A stretch of 29,660 nucleotides of DNA from an uncultured Acidobacteriota bacterium (GCA_963828465.1 CAWHEU010000008.1:1-29660); one strand, 5' to 3'; shown: positions 8,732 through 17,452, numbered from the stretch's first letter. Made by a program: numbers and translations. The notes: generated by a model not told the origin, from the sequence alone.

Positions 8732-10390
8732 ATGACCTCGGCGGTCGCCCCTCTTCGCTATGGCTCTTTCCGCACGCTCTGGGTGGCGTCGATGCTGTCC
8801 GCTTTCGGCACGTTCATCCAGGGTCTCTCCTCGTCCCAGTTGATGTTCGACCTCACCGGGTCCAATACCTGGGTCGGTCTGATGGTGGCCTCTACGTCCC
8901 TCCCACTCCTCTTCTTCGCGCTTGCCGCCGGCGCCCTCGCCGACATGTTCGACCGGACCAAACTGATGCTGCTCGCCCAAGGAATCATGGGGGGATCGGC
9001 TCTCGCCATGGCCATATTCACCGCGTCCGGAGCGATAACGCCGGGACTCCTGCTCGGGCTCGGCTTCGTTCTCGGCACCGGTGTGGCTCTAAACCTTCCC
9101 ACCTGGCAGGCACTGCTCCCGGACATGGTGCCCCGGGGTCTGATCGCCTCGGCCGTGGCGCTCCAGTCGGCAGCCTTCAACGTGGCTCGTGCCGTCGGGC
9201 CGGCGCTGGGTGGCTTCATATACGCCGTTTTCGGAGCCGCGGTCGGTTTCGGAATCAACGCTCTCACCTACGGTTTCGTCATCGCCGGGCTGCTCATGGT
9301 GAGACACACCTTCGAGAAGAGAGCGCGCGATCCGGCACCGCTCGGCACCGCCATCCTGCTCGGCATCCGTTACGCCAGGTTCACCCCGGTGTTTCGCCGG
9401 CTCCTCCTGCTCGTCTCGTTGTTCGCCATCACCTCATCGGTCGTGCAGTCGGTGTTGCCGGGTCACAATGAGGCCCTCGGTGGCACGGCCACCACACTCG
9501 GCATCCTGCTCGGCGCCATGGGAGTGGGCGCTCTGGTGGCGACTGTGGTGCGACAGCGTTTTGTCGACCGATTCCACCGGTGGGCCCCGATGGTGACGAT
9601 TGGTTTGTTCGGCCTGGTCGGGATCGGCCTCGGTATGTCCTCGAGCATCGCTGCCGCCGCCGTCTTCATGTTCTTCTCCGGGGCCTTCTGGGTGCTCACC
9701 CTGACCAACCTGAACGCCACAGCACAGTTGATGGCGCCGGAATGGATCCGGGGCCGCGCTATGTCGCTGTACAGCTTCTCCTTCCTCGGCATCATGCCCT
9801 TGGGGTCCATCCTCTCCGGGGTCCTCGCCGACGCGGTGGGAACCGGGACCGCGATCGTCATCCTGTGCTCGGCTTCGGTCCTTCTCGGGGCCCTCGTGCC
9901 GTTGTTCCACCTACCGAGTCTCGATCAGATCGAGTCGCCCGAGTTCACTCCCGACCGTCCCGGCCCGTTGCACGAAGAGGAGACGGTCGAGGGCGGCCCG
10001 GTTCTGATCCTGAACACGTGGAAGATCGATCTCCCCGACCTCGAGGAGTTCATCGCTGTGATGAATCTGGTCAGGCTCGTGCGTCTTCGCACCGGCGCCT
10101 ACCGGTGGCGTTTGTTGCGCAACGTCAGCGATCCGACCCGTCTCACGGAGCTGTTCGCCACCGGATCGTGGGAGGAGCACCTGGCCCAGCATCGCCGCAT
10201 CGACGACGCCTCGGCCGACATCATCGCCCAGGCCCGTTCATTCGATCGGGCGGACGGCCCGGTGACGAGACATCTGATCTCGGTGGACGTCGAAGACCCG
10301 CCCAACTTCGACGAATTGATCAGCACGCACGAGGTGATGCACCAGACCGACGGCTCCATCCCGACCATGGCCGATCAGGACGTGGACTGA
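8732..10390 (+). CDS. MFS transporter (MFS_3/DUF894 type) with soluble C-terminal domain
   Basis: About 12 hydrophobic segments, AGALADMFDR motif A, FNVARAVGPALGG, RGRAMS, and a C-terminal GPVL...RTGAYRW...SWEEHLAQHRR domain typical of this family. Confidence 0.92.
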   Translation: MTSAVAPLRYGSFRTLWVASMLSAFGTFIQGLSSSQLMFDLTGSNTWVGLMVASTSLPLLFFALAAGALADMFDRTKLMLLAQGIMGGSALAMAIFTASGAITPGLLLGLGFVLGTGVALNLPTWQALLPDMVPRGLIASAVALQSAAFNVARAVGPALGGFIYAVFGAAVGFGINALTYGFVIAGLLMVRHTFEKRARDPAPLGTAILLGIRYARFTPVFRRLLLLVSLFAITSSVVQSVLPGHNEALGGTATTLGILLGAMGVGALVATVVRQRFVDRFHRWAPMVTIGLFGLVGIGLGMSSSIAAAAVFMFFSGAFWVLTLTNLNATAQLMAPEWIRGRAMSLYSFSFLGIMPLGSILSGVLADAVGTGTAIVILCSASVLLGALVPLFHLPSLDQIESPEFTPDRPGPLHEEETVEGGPVLILNTWKIDLPDLEEFIAVMNLVRLVRLRTGAYRWRLLRNVSDPTRLTELFATGSWEEHLAQHRRIDDASADIIAQARSFDRADGPVTRHLISVDVEDPPNFDELISTHEVMHQTDGSIPTMADQDVD

Positions 10391-11118
10391 GGAGATCCCC
10401 CCTCCCCGGCTTCGCCGGTACTCCCCCCTTCAGGGGGAGAGACATATTCCATCTCCCGCTTGAACTTCTTCCAGTCGGATTTCTTGGTGGACCACACGAT
10501 GTCGACGCCGATCACGACTAGCCCGATCACCACCAGTGCCCAGACGACCCATGTCGGTACCCCAGCGGCGATGGCAGCGCCCAGAAATACGAAGGGCATC
10601 AGCTTGGTGACGATGGCTCCTGACGCGTGCATCCAGGCCCGCGAGGTCGCCGGTGCTCGGAGATACGTGGCGTAGTCGAGCTTCACCCCGGGCTGGGGCT
10701 GGGCGAGCTTCCCGATGAACCAGTGGGTGAATCTCATCCCCATGAGAGTGCCCACCACCAGGTGGGTCAAACCGTGGGTAGTGACCAGGATGATCCCGAA
10801 CCCGAGCAGGAACACGAGCGCAGACGCGGTTCCCTCCAGGTAGTAGGTCCATCCCACCAGAACCAGGCCGACGAGGGTGGCCCCGATGATCAGAACGTTG
10901 CCGAGCCAGATCGGGACCGCGATCAGAACCCAGGTCTTGAAAGCAGCGCGGTCGATCCGGGCAATCCGGTCGGCGAATTGCTCAGTCAGGTCCGGATCGC
11001 GTTTGACTGCGTCGACCGCCTTCCAGAAGCCGGTAGGCCCGACGGGCGAGCCCGCCGAGACCGCCCGCTCGGCTTCGTCCAGAGTCGCCCCGACCCGTGA
11101 GCCGTCCATCACCCTCAT
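10375..11118 (-). CDS. Membrane protein with a degenerate M50/site-2-protease-like motif (HGLTH)
   Basis: Four to five hydrophobic segments. The real start is probably ATG 11118 or 11109, since the longer ORF is antisense to the sigma gene. The last ~20 aa are encoded by repeat copy 2 and its flank. Confidence 0.7.
   Translation of the reverse strand: MRVMDGSRVGATLDEAERAVSAGSPVGPTGFWKAVDAVKRDPDLTEQFADRIARIDRAAFKTWVLIAVPIWLGNVLIIGATLVGLVLVGWTYYLEGTASALVFLLGFGIILVTTHGLTHLVVGTLMGMRFTHWFIGKLAQPQPGVKLDYATYLRAPATSRAWMHASGAIVTKLMPFVFLGAAIAAGVPTWVVWALVVIGLVVIGVDIVWSTKKSDWKKFKREMEYVSPPEGGSTGEAGEGGSPQSTS
10396..10440 (-). repeat. REP-like double-hairpin repeat, copy 2
   Basis: Reverse complement reads TCTCCCCCTGAAGGGGGGAGTACCGGCGAAGCCGGGGAGGGGGGA; it lies at a convergent gene junction. 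Confidence 0.9.
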
Positions 11119-11136
11119 GTAACTACGGTGCGAAGG

Positions 11137-11163
11137 TGCAACCCGTGCATCCCGTTTGGTGTT
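11137..11163 (+). promoter_or_regulatory. Candidate ECF-type (autoregulatory) promoter TGCAAC-N18-GTT
   Basis: AAC-containing -35 and GTT -10 at the spacing typical of actinobacterial ECF promoters, 9 nt upstream of the sigma ATG at 11173. Confidence 0.5.
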
Positions 11164-11172
11164 CTCCTTGCG

Positions 11173-11691
11173 ATGGATGATCTGACCGCGGCCCTGGCCA
11201 GGGACCTCGACGGCGCCTTCCCCACCCTGGTGGAGAGTGCCGGCCCGGGGCTCTATTGGGGCCTGCGTCGTCTCTGTGGCGACCATCAGGAGGCCGAGGA
11301 CCTGACTCAAGAGACCTTCATCCGGGCCTATCGATCGCTCGGTGGGTTCGACCGGGACAGGTTCGATGAACTCAGGCTGTCGCCATGGCTGTGGACCATC
11401 GCCCTGAATCTGGGGCGGAATCATCTTCGGAGCCGATCGAGGCGGCCCACCTTCGTGGACCTGCACGAGCATGCGGCATCTGAGGACCCGGAGCCACCCG
11501 ACACCGCTGCCTGGGACGACCGGCTCTCAGCGTTACCGATCAACCAACGAAGGGCGGTAGTGCTGCGTCACGTCGTCGGGCTCGGCATCGGCGAGATCTC
11601 GGAGGCCACAGGGCGACCGGAGGGCACGGTCAAGGCAGACATCCATCGTGGACTGGACCGGCTGAGACGAGTGATGGAGCAAGAACAATGA
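11173..11691 (+). CDS. ECF sigma-70 factor
   Basis: Region 2 EAEDLTQETFIRAY...WLWTIALNLGRNHLR and region 4 LPINQRRAVVLRHVVGL...GTVKADIHRGLDRLR. Confidence 0.93.
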   Translation: MDDLTAALARDLDGAFPTLVESAGPGLYWGLRRLCGDHQEAEDLTQETFIRAYRSLGGFDRDRFDELRLSPWLWTIALNLGRNHLRSRSRRPTFVDLHEHAASEDPEPPDTAAWDDRLSALPINQRRAVVLRHVVGLGIGEISEATGRPEGTVKADIHRGLDRLRRVMEQEQ

Positions 11692-12443
11692 GCATCGAAG
11701 ACCAACTGTCAGGGCTCGCCGGCGGGTTGCCGGACGGAATCAGCGAAGGAGTGGCGCTCGGCACCGGGCTGGCGGATGGGTACGACCTCTACCCCTCACC
11801 ATTGGGCGAGGTCGTGGTCACCTTCAACACCGAGGGAGTCTCATCCCTCGATTTGGCCACCAAGGGCTACGAGACGCGGTTCGCCGACCGACATGGTCGC
11901 CGCCTGTTCCGGGCCGAGCCTCCTGCCGACTGGGGCCGACACATCCCGGGGGCGATGGAGGCAGGGACCCCCGGCCGCCTCCCGGTCGACCTCAGGTCGC
12001 GGACGGCGTTCGAGAACAGGGTTCTCCACATCGCCGCCACCATCCCCAGGGGTGAGGTCCGACCCTATGGTTGGCTGGCCCGAGAGGCGGAGAAGCCGGG
12101 GGCGTCCCGAGCGGTCGGATCGACCATGGCTCGCAACCCGATCCCGCTCATCATCCCTTGCCACCGAGTGGTGCGATCCGACGGCCATCTCGGCGAGTAT
12201 TCGCTGGGTGGGCCCCTCAACAAGTGGGAGTTGCTCACTCGCGAGGGCGTGGAGCCGGCGCGACTCGTCGAGCTGGCCGAGCACCATGTTCGAGTCCAGG
12301 GCGATCCCGCCACCGGGGTGTACTGCCATCCCACATGTCATGTCATCAGGGCATCGGGGCAATGGAACGTCGCCGACTTCCCCTCCACCGCCGCCGCTCG
12401 ATCAGCCGGTTTCCGACCATGCGAAGTCTGCCGGCCCGGTTAG
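11688..12443 (+). CDS. ogt: Methylated-DNA--protein-cysteine methyltransferase with C-terminal Ada-type Zn-binding domain
   Basis: IPRGEVRPYG...RAVGSTMARNPIPLIIPCHRVV active site, followed by TGVYCHPTC...GFRPCEVCRP (four Cys of the Ada metal domain). ATGA overlap with the sigma gene. Confidence 0.92.
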   Translation: MSIEDQLSGLAGGLPDGISEGVALGTGLADGYDLYPSPLGEVVVTFNTEGVSSLDLATKGYETRFADRHGRRLFRAEPPADWGRHIPGAMEAGTPGRLPVDLRSRTAFENRVLHIAATIPRGEVRPYGWLAREAEKPGASRAVGSTMARNPIPLIIPCHRVVRSDGHLGEYSLGGPLNKWELLTREGVEPARLVELAEHHVRVQGDPATGVYCHPTCHVIRASGQWNVADFPSTAAARSAGFRPCEVCRPG

Positions 12444-12479
12444 CCGCCCTCAACCGGCGCCGGTAGCCTCCCGTGGCCT

Positions 12480-14426
12480 ATGGCAAACAACGGGATCGAG
12501 AAGCTGGCGGTCGACACCGTAAAGGCGCTGGCCATGGATGCCGTGCAGAAGGCCAACAGCGGTCATCCCGGGATGCCAATGGGAATGGCCGAGATCGCGG
12601 TGACGCTCTGGGGCCGTTTCCTCAAGGTGGACCCGACCGTCCCCGACTGGCCCGACCGGGACCGGTTCGTCCTCTCCAACGGGCACGGCTCGATGCTCCT
12701 CTATTCCATGCTTCATCTCTGCGGCTTCCCGCTCACCATGGACGACCTGAAGAGATTCCGACAGTGGGGCAGCCACACCGCCGGGCACCCGGAGATCCAC
12801 CAAAAGCTGGGGATCGAGATGACGACCGGGCCATTGGGCCAGGGATTCGCCACAGGTGTCGGGATGGCCATCGCCGAGACACATCTCAGGGCTCGGCTCG
12901 GCGAGGACCTCGTGAATCACCGGACGTTTGGCTTCGTCAGCGACGGTGACCTGATGGAGGGGGTGAGTGCCGAAGCCGGATCTCTGGCCGGCCGGTTCGA
13001 GCTGGGCAGGCTCATCTACCTCTACGACGACAACGACATCTCGATCGACGGGTCGACCGACATCACCTTCGTCGAGGACGTCGCGAAGAGGTTCCAGGCT
13101 CAGGGCTGGCACACCCAGGAGATCGACGGGCACGACCTGGAGGCCATCGACGAGGCGATCGAGGCGGCGATCAATCTCGAGGATCGGCCTTCCCTCGTCA
13201 TATGCCACACCCACATCGCACACGGAGCTCCCAACGCCCAGGACACCGCAGCGTCACACGGCTCCCCGCTGGGCGACGAGGAAATCGCCTTGGCCAAGGA
13301 GGCGATGGGATATCCCTTGGAGCCCGCCTTCCACGTCGAACCGGAGATCTACGAGTTCTTCGAGACGGCCACAGGCTGGGGAAAGGAGGAGCGCGCGAAA
13401 TGGGCCGAGCGTTTGGAGAGTGCAGGCGAGGACAAGCGGGAGCTCTGGAACCAGTTGCACTCCCCGACCCCGGTCGAGTTGAAGGGCCCCGGATTCGCCG
13501 TTGGTGAGAAGATGGCTACCCGCTCCGCCTCGGGCAAGCTGTTCGCTGAGATCGCCGAGAAGCGGCCCGGGTTCCTCGGTGGCTCCGCCGACCTCGTTGC
13601 CTCGACCAAGACCGTCATCGACTCATCTCGTCGCTACTCGGCGGCCGACCCGTCGGCCCGGGACATCCCGTTCGGAGTGAGGGAGCACTCCATGGGCTGT
13701 ATCACCAACGGGCTTGCGGTGCACGGCGGGCTGAAGCCCTACGCCGCCACTTTCTTCGTGTTCAGCGACTACATGCGCCCCGCCGTCCGTCTCTCCGCGT
13801 TGATGTCGGCCCCATCGGTGTGGGTGTGGACCCACGACTCCGTCTTCCTCGGCGAGGATGGCCCGACGCATCAGCCGATCGAGCATCTCCCCTCGCTACG
13901 GGCGATGCCCAATCTGTGGATGGTCCGGCCCGCCGACGCCAATGAGACGCTCGCCGCGTGGGAGATCGCGCTCGACCGATATGACGGCCCGGTGGCCCTC
14001 CTCCTCACCCGTCAAGATGTCCCAACCCTGGAGACCGACGCTGCCGGGGTGAAGAGAGGCGGCTACGTGCTCAGCGAAGGCGACGATGTCACGCTGATCG
14101 CCACGGGCTCAGAGCTGCATGTGGCCGTCGATGCGGCGAATCTCCTCGATGACGAAGGCATAGCGGCGCGGGTTGTGAGTCTCCCCTGCTGGGAGCTTTT
14201 CTTCGAGCAGGACGAGCAATATCGATCCGGCGTTCTCGGGTCTGCGCCCAGGGTTGCGGTAGAGGCGGCATCTCCATTCGGCTGGGAACGCTTGGTGGGC
14301 CAGGACGGGTTGATACTCGGGATCGACCATTTCGGGGAGTCGGCACCCGACACCGTCATCGCCGAGAAGCTCGGCTTCACCGGTCCGGCCATCGCCGCCC
14401 GGGTCCGGGACCATCTCTCGAAGTGA
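12480..14426 (+). CDS. tkt: Transketolase
   Basis: ANSGHPGMPMG, DRDRFVLSNGHGS, TTGPLGQG, DGDLMEG...DDNDISIDG ThDP motif, GVREH, GEDGPTHQPIEH. Confidence 0.98.
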   Translation: MANNGIEKLAVDTVKALAMDAVQKANSGHPGMPMGMAEIAVTLWGRFLKVDPTVPDWPDRDRFVLSNGHGSMLLYSMLHLCGFPLTMDDLKRFRQWGSHTAGHPEIHQKLGIEMTTGPLGQGFATGVGMAIAETHLRARLGEDLVNHRTFGFVSDGDLMEGVSAEAGSLAGRFELGRLIYLYDDNDISIDGSTDITFVEDVAKRFQAQGWHTQEIDGHDLEAIDEAIEAAINLEDRPSLVICHTHIAHGAPNAQDTAASHGSPLGDEEIALAKEAMGYPLEPAFHVEPEIYEFFETATGWGKEERAKWAERLESAGEDKRELWNQLHSPTPVELKGPGFAVGEKMATRSASGKLFAEIAEKRPGFLGGSADLVASTKTVIDSSRRYSAADPSARDIPFGVREHSMGCITNGLAVHGGLKPYAATFFVFSDYMRPAVRLSALMSAPSVWVWTHDSVFLGEDGPTHQPIEHLPSLRAMPNLWMVRPADANETLAAWEIALDRYDGPVALLLTRQDVPTLETDAAGVKRGGYVLSEGDDVTLIATGSELHVAVDAANLLDDEGIAARVVSLPCWELFFEQDEQYRSGVLGSAPRVAVEAASPFGWERLVGQDGLILGIDHFGESAPDTVIAEKLGFTGPAIAARVRDHLSK

Positions 14427-14427
14427 G

Positions 14428-15774
14428 GTGAGCCGGAGGGCCGACGTCGTCGTAGTAGGCGCTGGGATCGCCGGCGTCTCCGCGGCCTACGAGCTCACGA
14501 CCAAGCACGGGATCGGGAACGTCGTGATCGTCGATCCACGCCCACCCATGTCGCTCACCTCTGACAAGTCGACCGAGTGCTATCGCAACTGGTGGCCCAA
14601 CCTCCCCATGGTGGGGCTGATGAGCCGATCGATCGACCTGCTGGAGAAGATGGAGGCCGAGTCGGGCAACAGCTTCGCCCTGAACCGCCGTGGCTACCTC
14701 TTCGTCTCCGGAGACGAGGAGAACTTTCACCGGATGGTCGAGGATGCCCATCACACCTCGACCCTCGGTGCCGGCCCAGTGCGTTTCCACCCCGGGCCCT
14801 TCCCATACCGTCCCTCGCCACCTGAGGGTTTCATGGGGGCACCGGAAGGCGCCGACATCCTGGTCGGGGCCGATGAGGTACTCGATCACTTCCCGTATCT
14901 GACTCCACAGGTTGTCGGTGCGATCCACGTGAGGAGAGCAGGCTGGTTCAGTGCCCAGCAGCTCGGGGCGTGGATGCTGGACCAGAGCAAGGACCGAGGG
15001 CTGGAGTTCGTGGTCGACGAGGTGGCCGGCATCGACGTGTCCGCAGGCGCTATCCGGTCGGTCTCGCTCGCCGGTGGTGATGAGGTTGCCACTGAGGTTG
15101 TCATCGACGCTGCCGGGCCGATGGCTGGAAGAGTCGCAGCCTTGGCCGGCGTCGACCTGCCACTCTTCTCGGAGCTCCACATCAAGGTGGCTTACCGGGA
15201 TCACCTGGGTGTCGTGCCAAGGGATGCCCCGATGGTGATTTGGAGCGACACTCAGCATCTCGACTGGAGCACCGAGGAACGGGAGGCCCTGGCCGAACTG
15301 GGCAGGGATGACCTGCTCGGCGAGATGCCGATCTTCTGCCATTTTCGGCCCGAGGGGGGTGAAGGCTCGCCGTATCTGCTTGGTCTCTGGGAGTACCACG
15401 GAGTGGTGCAGGAGCCTTCGTGGCCGCTGCCCGAGGATCCCCTCTACCCCGAGGTCGTGGTGCGCGGGTTGACGACCATGGTCCCGGGGTTCGACGTTTA
15501 CCGGGAGCGACTACCCCAATCGGTCGTCGACGGCGGCTATTACACCAAGACCATGGAGAACCGCCCTCTCGTCGGCCCTGCCGGCCCGTCCGGGTTCAAT
15601 CTGATGGCCGGGCTCTCCGGGTTTGGGGTCATGGTCGCCGCCGGGGCGGCCGAATTGCTCGCCAAACACGTCACCGGCACCGAGTTGCCTACCTACTCAG
15701 ACGCGTTCCTGCTCGAGCGCTACGACGATGCCAACTATCTGGCTTCGATAGGGGGCCCGACGGGCCAGCTCTGA
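14428..15774 (+). CDS. FAD-dependent oxidoreductase (DAO / sarcosine oxidase beta-like)
   Basis: VVVVGAGIAG dinucleotide motif, VIDAAGP, GYYTKT..NRPLVGP, GLSGFGVM. Confidence 0.88.
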   Translation: MSRRADVVVVGAGIAGVSAAYELTTKHGIGNVVIVDPRPPMSLTSDKSTECYRNWWPNLPMVGLMSRSIDLLEKMEAESGNSFALNRRGYLFVSGDEENFHRMVEDAHHTSTLGAGPVRFHPGPFPYRPSPPEGFMGAPEGADILVGADEVLDHFPYLTPQVVGAIHVRRAGWFSAQQLGAWMLDQSKDRGLEFVVDEVAGIDVSAGAIRSVSLAGGDEVATEVVIDAAGPMAGRVAALAGVDLPLFSELHIKVAYRDHLGVVPRDAPMVIWSDTQHLDWSTEEREALAELGRDDLLGEMPIFCHFRPEGGEGSPYLLGLWEYHGVVQEPSWPLPEDPLYPEVVVRGLTTMVPGFDVYRERLPQSVVDGGYYTKTMENRPLVGPAGPSGFNLMAGLSGFGVMVAAGAAELLAKHVTGTELPTYSDAFLLERYDDANYLASIGGPTGQL

Positions 15775-15779
15775 GCATT

Positions 15780-15822
15780 TCTCCCCCCGTAGGGGGAGTA
15801 CCGGCGAAGCCAGGGAGAGGGG
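15780..15822 (+). repeat. REP-like double-hairpin repeat, copy 3 (more diverged, non-coding)
   Basis: TCTCCCCCCGTAGGGGGAGTACCGGCGAAGCCAGGGAGAGGGG, between the convergent stops at 15774 and 15830. Confidence 0.85.
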
Positions 15823-15829
15823 TTTCTTC

Positions 15830-16201
15830 CTACTCCTCCAGGACTGAGAGAACATTTCCGGCCGGGTCCAGGAACCAGGCGATCGGAGGGCTGAAGTCGT
15901 CGCGCATGATCCCCTTTTCGTCCTGGTTCATCCCCTGGTAGCGCACCATCTCGATCCCGTTCCCGGTCAGATCGTCAACCGCACGATCGATGTCTTCGAC
16001 GGGAAAGTTGAGGATCGTGAATGTGGCTGGAGTGTGATCCGGTTTCGGATAGATGAGTATGTCCCCGCCTCCGCTGACATGGAGGCCGAGCATCCCGTTC
16101 TCCTCGGTGACCTTCAACCCCAGGGTCCCCTCGTAGAACTGGCGTGCCCGGTCGATGTCATCGACCGAGAACCCGCTGTAAGCCTTGGTGTTTTCGAACA
16201 C
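15830..16201 (-). CDS. VOC/glyoxalase family protein
   Basis: (M)FENTKAYSGFSVDDIDRARQFYEGTLGL...TILNFPVEDIDRAVDDL...IAWFLDPAGNVLSV; GGAGG RBS 5 nt before GTG 16201. Confidence 0.92.
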   Translation of the reverse strand: MFENTKAYSGFSVDDIDRARQFYEGTLGLKVTEENGMLGLHVSGGGDILIYPKPDHTPATFTILNFPVEDIDRAVDDLTGNGIEMVRYQGMNQDEKGIMRDDFSPPIAWFLDPAGNVLSVLEE

Positions 16202-16225
16202 AACCACCTCCTGTGGTCCTGGTGA

Positions 16226-16251
16226 GATGAGTTTCCCCGGATGGGAGAGTC
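16226..16251 (+). promoter_or_regulatory. Candidate SigG-type ECF promoter GATGA-N18-GTC for the STAS gene
   Basis: GATGAGTTTCCCCGGATGGGAGAGTC, 9 nt upstream of TTG 16261. The same pattern and spacing occur at 17531 and 24012. Confidence 0.6.
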
Positions 16252-16260
16252 TCAATCGCG

Positions 16261-16545
16261 TTGGATGCAGAAACCGATTCGAGAAGGCCTGCCCTGGTTT
16301 GTGACATGGGCGGAGTCACCTCGCCCGATCTGGCCACGGTCGAGGCACTGTGCCGCTTTCGGCTGGCCCTCGCCGACCATGGATATGCGGTCGAGCTCCG
16401 CGATGCCTCACCGGGGCTGCGGGATTTGCTCCTTCTTTGCGGTCTGGCCGGGGTCCTACCCCTCGTAGGCCAGGGGCAACCCAAAGAGAGGGAACAACCG
16501 GGTGGTGTCGAGGAAGAAATTGAGCCCGGCGATCCTGCCCTGTGA
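16261..16545 (+). CDS. Small STAS-domain (anti-sigma antagonist-like) protein; 3' end overlaps the sigma gene antisense
   Basis: LVCDMGGVTSPDLATVEALCRFRLALADHGYAVELRDASPGLRDLLLLCGLAGVL fits the STAS_2 pattern (vvlDl..v...D...l..L.........l.l......lr.ll...Gl). Confidence 0.75.
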   Translation: MDAETDSRRPALVCDMGGVTSPDLATVEALCRFRLALADHGYAVELRDASPGLRDLLLLCGLAGVLPLVGQGQPKEREQPGGVEEEIEPGDPAL

Positions 16546-17452
16546 TATCTCGAGGACCTGAATCGCCCAGGGGACGTAGCCGCCGTCGGGTCCGGGTTTG
16601 TACTGGCCGAAGGCGGGCAGCCCATTGGCGGGCTCGACGGGTGTGACGACCGAACCGCGGCAGCCGATGCCTGTGCCCAGGAACCAACCCCTGATATCCG
16701 CATGTCCCCGTAGCCAGAGGTCATAGGGCGGCATCGACTGGACCACGTCATCGTGGAGGAGGGCGACCAATGAGTCGAGGTCGTATCTCTCGAAGGCGTC
16801 GACGTATCGGCTGAGCAGGGCCTGCTGCTCATCGTCCATGGGCAAGAAGGCGTCCGATTTGGCCGGTTCGATCTCCGACAGCGTCGCCCGAGCCCTCTGG
16901 AGTGCGCTGTTGACCGAGGCGACGGTGGTCTCCAACAGGTCGGCGACCTCGTCGGCTTTCCAGCGGAGCACTTCGCGCAGGATCAGGACCGCCCGCTGCC
17001 GGGCAGGAAGATGCTGCAGGGCAGTGATCAGGGCGAGACGCACCGATTCCCGAGATATCGCCGACCTCCGCCGGGTCAGTGCTGGGGGGAAGGATGATGC
17101 TGTCCGGGACAGGCTCGATCCAGGTGATTTCGGGCAGCGGGGCAGGCAGCATCGTGTCGGCGGTGGAGGCGGGCCCGAGGTCCATGGGGCGAGCTCGGCG
17201 CTCCCTGCCCTCGAGCATGTCAAAACAGACATTGGTCGTGATTCGGTAGAGCCAGGTCCTCAAGGAAGAACGACCCTCGAATCGGTCGATGGCCCGCCAA
17301 GCCCTGATCAAGCTCTCCTGGACCGCATCCTCCGCCTCGAATGAGGAGCCGAGCATCCGGTAGGCGTAGCCGGTGAGCTCGCGCCGATATTGCTCCAGGT
17401 CCTCGAACGAGGGTGCATCGCTCCTGGCTTCGGTAGCTGTCGATTCGGTCAT
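16456..17452 (-). pseudogene. SigG-like ECF sigma factor with C-terminal SnoaL-like domain, split by a 1-bp insertion near 17061 (real or sequencing error)
   Basis: Region 2 ([24 protein letters not shown]...[12 protein letters not shown]) and region 4 plus SnoaL tail ([29 protein letters not shown]...[10 protein letters not shown]...YVDAFERYD...SMPPY) are in different frames. Removing one base gives DPAEVAISRESV and a 331-aa protein. An alternative start is at 17473. Confidence 0.9.

Noticed and set aside
11119-11472. Long N-terminal extension of the 10375..11472 minus-strand ORF
   Set aside because: It is antisense to the well-supported ECF sigma gene and is not protein-like; the start was moved to 11118/11109.
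1397-15822. The repeat copies as a CRISPR array or IS ends
   Set aside because: The copies are kilobases apart, have no spacers or cas genes, and no transposase or target-site duplication is visible.
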